Source: Candidatus Altimarinota bacterium
GTDB lineage: Bacteria; Patescibacteriota; Gracilibacteria; UBA1369; GCA-2718715
Assembly: GCA_041242255.1 (NCBI GenBank)
Contig: JBESAV010000001.1
Location: 736,001 to 800,000, forward strand
Length of the DNA stretch: 64,000 bases
Direction of reading: 5' to 3'
This document shows, piece after piece, positions 59,516-64,000 of this stretch. The notes under the pieces were generated by a model. The model was given only the letters and a program-made list of their open reading frames with translations, did not search any database and was not told where the DNA came from. Position 1 is the stretch's first letter, and each line of letters starts with the position of its first letter. The translations under genes and the position numbers were made by a program.

Positions 59516-59561
59516 TATATAAACTAAATGACCTGCTTTCTACAAGTCATCTAGCTATATA
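59516..59561 (-). other. Long stem-loop downstream of the oxygenase-AlaX pair
   Basis: Minus strand TATATAGCTAGATGACTTGT-agaaa-GCAGGTCATTTAGTTTATATA gives about 20 bp with G-U pairs and one bulge. Confidence 0.5.
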
Positions 59562-59591
59562 ATAGAATCAGACTCCTTTACCAATATGCGC

Positions 59592-60341
59592 TTAAACTTC
59601 AACAGAATACTTAATTGTAGTTGAACCTTTTCTGCAACGCACTTTATCAATACTGATCTCACCAACCTCAGATGTGTTTTCTATATGAGTACCCCCACAA
59701 CCAACTCCATACTCTTCATTACCTTCAAAATAAACTTCTCTATATATTTTACCTTCTGGAGCTCCTTCAGTAACACCATCACTCTCAACGGCTATGATGG
59801 CTAAAGCTTCATTCTTAAGATCATTTAAAGCCTCGGAAATAACTTCAGCATAATCCATCTCATTTAAATCTATCACATCCTCAAACTTCAAGTAAGCTTT
59901 GCCTGGAACATGATCACCACGAGTTGCTCTACTCAATCCTGGCACCTTACCTCTAGCTGCAACTAAATCGATCATGTGACCAACCGTATGATAATTAGAC
60001 ATCAAAATTCGTCTTTCCATATCCACCTCCATTTCAACTTTTGAACCAACTTCAGGCAGTCTCATTCCATTCACAACATTAAAATAATGGTTAACCACAC
60101 TTGTTTCTTTATCTAATTCGACCTTATTCACTTCCAACTCTGTATTTCGCCCCATATCGTCCATAAACCTTATCCACCCCAGATCATAAGCTTGACCACC
60201 ACCCTGCGGATAAAAAACTGTCTGATCGCAATTTAAAGACCATAAATTTTCACTCCCTTCAACTTTTTCAATATTTGTAATTTCCGCCTCACATTTCGCT
60301 CGATATGTATCTTCTAAGTATAAAAGCCTAGTTGGTTTCAT
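59592..60341 (-). CDS. AlaX-like free-standing aminoacyl-tRNA editing protein
   Basis: LLYLED, DQTVFYPQGGGQ.D.G, and zinc motifs HTVGH (HxxxH) and CGGTH. Confidence 0.88.
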   Translation of the reverse strand: MKPTRLLYLEDTYRAKCEAEITNIEKVEGSENLWSLNCDQTVFYPQGGGQAYDLGWIRFMDDMGRNTELEVNKVELDKETSVVNHYFNVVNGMRLPEVGSKVEMEVDMERRILMSNYHTVGHMIDLVAARGKVPGLSRATRGDHVPGKAYLKFEDVIDLNEMDYAEVISEALNDLKNEALAIIAVESDGVTEGAPEGKIYREVYFEGNEEYGVGCGGTHIENTSEVGEISIDKVRCRKGSTTIKYSVEV

Positions 60342-60374
60342 AAAATTTTTGGTTACCTATATATAATTTAAACT

Positions 60375-61307
60375 TTAAGTTCTAAAAATCAATTTCCCTT
60401 CATGAATATGGAAAAAACATGACAGTGTACACCTTTCACCAGCCCCCGCTACCGCATGAATCTTATGAGCAGGAAAAACTCCCAAATCGCCAGGACATAA
60501 TTGTAAAGAGTACGAACTAACTCCATCAATCATATCAGGAGTGAACACATAATCCTTTTTCTTCTCAGGATCTAGATCGTCCTCACGAGTAGGTACTTTA
60601 TCCCAGATTATAGTCCTTGATGGATCTTCACCTGAACTCAAACAAAGAATAGCCGCATAAACATTATCAGCCTTAGCAATATCTAGTTCTGGAAAACGAT
60701 TTGATATATCCAATAAATCCTCATGAGGCAGAGCTACAAACTTATTTTCACCCTCATCAACAGTTCCACCCCATCCCCACATCCTCAGGGAACCATACTT
60801 AACTTCATTACCTTTCTTATCAGAAAACCTCTCATATTGTAGACCTAATCGAGCAGCTACATTCTTTAAAAAATCTTCAATATAGTTATTACCCCGCAAA
60901 ATCTCTGATAAGACCTCATTTGATTTTTTTAAGCCACTAAAATAATCCTCTTCAACCATCCCAGGCCTTGATGAATACAAATGAGAGCCAATACTATAAA
61001 TCGGGGGATTTGGATCTACGATCTCTTTTTCCACCATTGGATGCTCGACAAAAGCCCGCACAATATTTTCTCGCTCTTCTTTACTTATATAGTCTTTCAA
61101 ATGAATTGACTCAACATTTCCAAGAAATACCTTATCGATCATTTGACCCGAAACACTATTCGATAAATAGACATCCTCCCCTAGCACAACCTCACTCCTC
61201 TTCCCCACAATCGACTGTATATCATCCAACTTACCTGACTCCTCAACCATTAACTCAGGTAACATAGAATCATACAGATTCTGTAGTTCCAAAACATTTG
61301 TAGCCAT
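60375..61307 (-). CDS. 2-oxoglutarate/Fe(II)-dependent oxygenase-like protein
   Basis: ALPHED (HxD), PGDLGVF...IHAV (distal His) and ERCTLSCF (2OG-binding Arg) in double-stranded beta-helix spacing. Confidence 0.75.
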   Translation of the reverse strand: MATNVLELQNLYDSMLPELMVEESGKLDDIQSIVGKRSEVVLGEDVYLSNSVSGQMIDKVFLGNVESIHLKDYISKEERENIVRAFVEHPMVEKEIVDPNPPIYSIGSHLYSSRPGMVEEDYFSGLKKSNEVLSEILRGNNYIEDFLKNVAARLGLQYERFSDKKGNEVKYGSLRMWGWGGTVDEGENKFVALPHEDLLDISNRFPELDIAKADNVYAAILCLSSGEDPSRTIIWDKVPTREDDLDPEKKKDYVFTPDMIDGVSSYSLQLCPGDLGVFPAHKIHAVAGAGERCTLSCFFHIHEGKLIFRT

Positions 61308-61402
61308 ATAAACAAATTAAATTCCCACTTCTTTTAGAAGCTTGAACCTTGCAAACTTCCTACATAAAGCCTACATCTATTTACTTAACTAATATTTAAA
61401 AA

Positions 61403-63442
61403 TCAATAAACCACCTCCGCCTCATCATCAACTAAAAACTTTCTCAAACCTACATATTCCTCTAAACCAGGATCAACCTCTAAAACTTTTTCTGCCGCCT
61501 CCCGAGCCTTGTGAACCAGCTCTTGATCAGACAAAGAAGCCATCTTTAAATCAGGTATACCACTTTGCCTTACACCATAAACCTCACCTGGCCCTCTCAA
61601 TTCCAAATCAATTTCAGCTAACTTAAAACCATCCGTATAGTCCACCATTGCTTTCATACGCTTACGACAACTCTCCGAATTAGACTCAGGAAACAAGAAA
61701 CAATAAGATTGATGCTCACCTCTACCTACTCGCCCTCTCAACTGATGCAGCTGAGCCAAACCAAACCTCTCCGAAGCCTCAATCACAATAATAGAGGCAT
61801 TTGGAACATCTATACCAACCTCAATTACAGTAGTAGAAACCAATATATCCAACTCACCATCCGAAAACTTAGTCATCACCTCATCTTTCTCAGATTGCTT
61901 CATTTTCCCGTGCAATAAACCCAATCTTAAATCTTTAAAAACATCACTCTGCAACCTTTCAAATTCAGAAACAGCCGACTTAACCTCCAAGGTCTCTGAC
62001 TCTTCCACAAGCGGACACACAACATACACCTGCCTCCCCTGACGTACTTGCTCTTCTATCCAAAGATAAGCATCTTTCCTCTTAGAAGGAGGAACTCTTC
62101 TAGTTACTATCTCCTTACGACCAGCCGGCTTCTCATCGATAATTGAAAGATCTTGATCACCATATAAAGTCAAAGCCAAAGTTCTAGGAATTGGTGTCGC
62201 CGTCATACTCAGCATATGAGGAGACCCGAAACTCCTTAAAACCGCCCTTTGATTAACTCCAAACCTATGCTGTTCATCTACAACTGCTATACCAAGATTC
62301 TTAAAACCAACCTTATCCTGCACTAATGCATGAGTCCCCACAACAATATCAACCAACCCATTCTTCATGCCATTCACAACCTCTTCTTTCTGCTTCTTAG
62401 TCAAAGACCCAACCAATAGCTGAATATTGAAACCAAACTCTCCCAAAATTTTCAAAAAACCCTGGAAGTGCTGCTTAGCCAAAATCTCAGTTGGCACCAT
62501 AATTGCCGCCTGATAACCAGATTTAACCGCCGCAAAAATAGCTCCTCCTGCCACAACTGTCTTACCAGAACCCACGTCACCTTCCAACAATCTAGACATC
62601 GACTGCCCCTTACTCATATCAGAAAGTATCTCGCTCAACGAACGCTTCTGCGCACCAGTTAAGTCAAAAGGCAATGACCCCAAGTACTCATCCAAAATAT
62701 CTTTAGATACATCCACAACCTTACCAGAATCTACACTCAACTTCTTAATCTCTTCTTTCCTAGCCAAAGCTCTTAACTGTATCTGAAACAACTCTTCAAA
62801 CCCCAATCTTCCACGCGCCTCTAGCAACTCCTCGTGACTTTCCGGAAAATGAATCTGCCTGACCGCTTTAGCTAAACTTATCAGATTATGCTCCTCAATA
62901 ATATCTTCAGGCAAAGGATCTTCTAAAAACTGCGTCATATACATCAAAGGCCACAACTTCTCACGCAACCATTTCGAGCTAATCCTTCCACTCTCATGAT
63001 AAACAGGTACAAGTCTTCCAGCATGCAAAAGCTCCTGACCTTTCTTAGGAATCTCATAAGTCGGGCTCATCATAACCGCTTTAGAACCACTCCATTTTAT
63101 CTTACCAGTAAGAATAATCTCCATCCCATCTTTCAAAACTCGCTTTAAATAAGATTGGTTAAACCACATCACATCAGCAGTTCCTGTAGCATCTTTAATT
63201 CGACCCCTAGTCATACTTTTTCCATTTCTAGTCCGCGTCGTATATACATTCTCCAAAATCACCCTAACAGTAACTGAATCCTTAGTACTTAAGTCACATA
63301 TCTTCCCAAAATCAGACTCATCACTATATCTCCACGGAAAATTCATCAACAAATCATATACACTTGAAATCCCCATTTCCCTCAAAGCTTTCAAGTAAGC
63401 ACCATTCGTACGAATCACATCTTTAAGTGGCTTATTTAACAT
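61403..63442 (-). CDS. recG: ATP-dependent DNA helicase RecG
   Basis: RLLEGDVGSGKT, DEQHRFGV, MTATPIPRTL, QLHQLRGRVGRG and DLELRGPGE motifs. Confidence 0.98.
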   Translation of the reverse strand: MLNKPLKDVIRTNGAYLKALREMGISSVYDLLMNFPWRYSDESDFGKICDLSTKDSVTVRVILENVYTTRTRNGKSMTRGRIKDATGTADVMWFNQSYLKRVLKDGMEIILTGKIKWSGSKAVMMSPTYEIPKKGQELLHAGRLVPVYHESGRISSKWLREKLWPLMYMTQFLEDPLPEDIIEEHNLISLAKAVRQIHFPESHEELLEARGRLGFEELFQIQLRALARKEEIKKLSVDSGKVVDVSKDILDEYLGSLPFDLTGAQKRSLSEILSDMSKGQSMSRLLEGDVGSGKTVVAGGAIFAAVKSGYQAAIMVPTEILAKQHFQGFLKILGEFGFNIQLLVGSLTKKQKEEVVNGMKNGLVDIVVGTHALVQDKVGFKNLGIAVVDEQHRFGVNQRAVLRSFGSPHMLSMTATPIPRTLALTLYGDQDLSIIDEKPAGRKEIVTRRVPPSKRKDAYLWIEEQVRQGRQVYVVCPLVEESETLEVKSAVSEFERLQSDVFKDLRLGLLHGKMKQSEKDEVMTKFSDGELDILVSTTVIEVGIDVPNASIIVIEASERFGLAQLHQLRGRVGRGEHQSYCFLFPESNSESCRKRMKAMVDYTDGFKLAEIDLELRGPGEVYGVRQSGIPDLKMASLSDQELVHKAREAAEKVLEVDPGLEEYVGLRKFLVDDEAEVVY

Positions 63443-63488
63443 TCAGAAACTTAAATCATAACTATATTACCAAATGGTGAGTGTACGC

Positions 63489-64000
63489 TCAAGCCAAAGA
63501 ATCAGCTCTATCCCTGTACCTATCTATCACCCTAAAAACCTCTTCCACCACATCCTGCTTATACTCAGCCATAGATTCAAATTCACCTGAATCCAACCCA
63601 CAAAACTTAGCTTCAACAACCTCCACACCATCTGGTACAAATACAAAATCATGATCCACAAATAACGCATAAAAATGATACTGCTTCCATTCCCACTCTT
63701 TCCTTGTACCATTCTCAAATTCATCAACTTTAACATCTCTACCAAAAGGGATCATCCGTCTAACACAACTCTCAACAGGAGTAATAGTATATCCTCCATG
63801 TACTGCCAACTCCTCTCTCAACTCTCGGCCCAAAGCATTTACTGCAGACTCAAGCTCACCCTCTTTATCAATCATTCCACCCTGAGGCAAACTCCAGTTC
63901 TCAGCAAAACCATTTGAAACAAGCAAAACCTCATTTAATGGGTTAAAAAGTATTGCAACCACGGTTGGTCTAGCTGCATTTGTAGTCTTTTCATAAGCCT
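63489..64000 (-). CDS. NUDIX hydrolase (RppH-like), 5' end beyond the window
   Basis: WSLPQGG...ALGRELREEL. The frame stays open upstream of GTG 63962 to the window edge (...AYEKTTNAARPTVVAI). Confidence 0.8.
   Translation of the reverse strand, partial: AYEKTTNAARPTVVAILFNPLNEVLLVSNGFAENWSLPQGGMIDKEGELESAVNALGRELREELAVHGGYTITPVESCVRRMIPFGRDVKVDEFENGTRKEWEWKQYHFYALFVDHDFVFVPDGVEVVEAKFCGLDSGEFESMAEYKQDVVEEVFRVIDRYRDRADSLA

Noticed and set aside
59474-59591. Integron attC site or purine riboswitch
   Set aside because: There are no RYYYAAC/GTTRRRY ends and no integrase. It lies downstream of both flanking genes and lacks the riboswitch core.
257-63917. Many short ORF-track entries antisense or out of frame within long genes (e.g. 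257-469, 2552-2800, 15604-15972, 20154-20567, 54847-55056)
   Set aside because: They are shadow ORFs of well-supported genes and carry no motifs. Strand skew makes stop-poor antisense frames common.
1-64000. Alternative genetic code (TGA=Gly, table 25, or TAG recoding)
   Set aside because: Conserved genes are full length under table 11. TGA ends rlmN, ruvX and recG, and TAG ends pth, rplI and gatB.
1-64000. CRISPR arrays, IS elements and tRNA-targeted islands
   Set aside because: I saw no spaced direct repeats, transposase or integrase ORFs, or duplicated tRNA 3' ends.

Overview
AT-rich, gene-dense bacterial chromosome segment of mostly housekeeping genes. The gene content points to Patescibacteria/CPR, most likely a Peregrinibacteria-like lineage; this is inferred from class I LysRS, type 2 IleRS, a CPR-type pilin, orphan solute-binding proteins and the absence of Shine-Dalgarno motifs. 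The code is standard table 11 (TGA and TAG end ordinary genes). There are about 55 CDS, three tRNAs (Asn, Met, Leu; all minus strand) and one unannotated structured ncRNA; no rRNA, CRISPR, transposase, integrase or phage genes were seen. The strongest candidate system is an archaeal/eukaryote-type tRNA modification set: Elp3 lies head-to-head with a Trm9-like methyltransferase (predicted cm5U34 to mcm5U34), and a Trm11/TrmG10-like methyltransferase has its UAG stop codon at positions U8-A9-G10 of the downstream tRNA-Asn gene. Other leads are a 2OG-Fe(II) oxygenase paired with an AlaX editing factor, a 6S-like RNA with its own promoter, a palindromic operator in front of a stand-alone HhH protein (with a weaker copy at recG), a UvrC with an insertion and no HhH domain, a degenerate DUF4956/VTC pair, an RsbW-STAS-PrsW module, an AAA gene interrupted by an in-frame TAG, strong strand skew and frequent tail-to-tail overlaps. 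All family calls come from motif recognition by eye; no database search was run.
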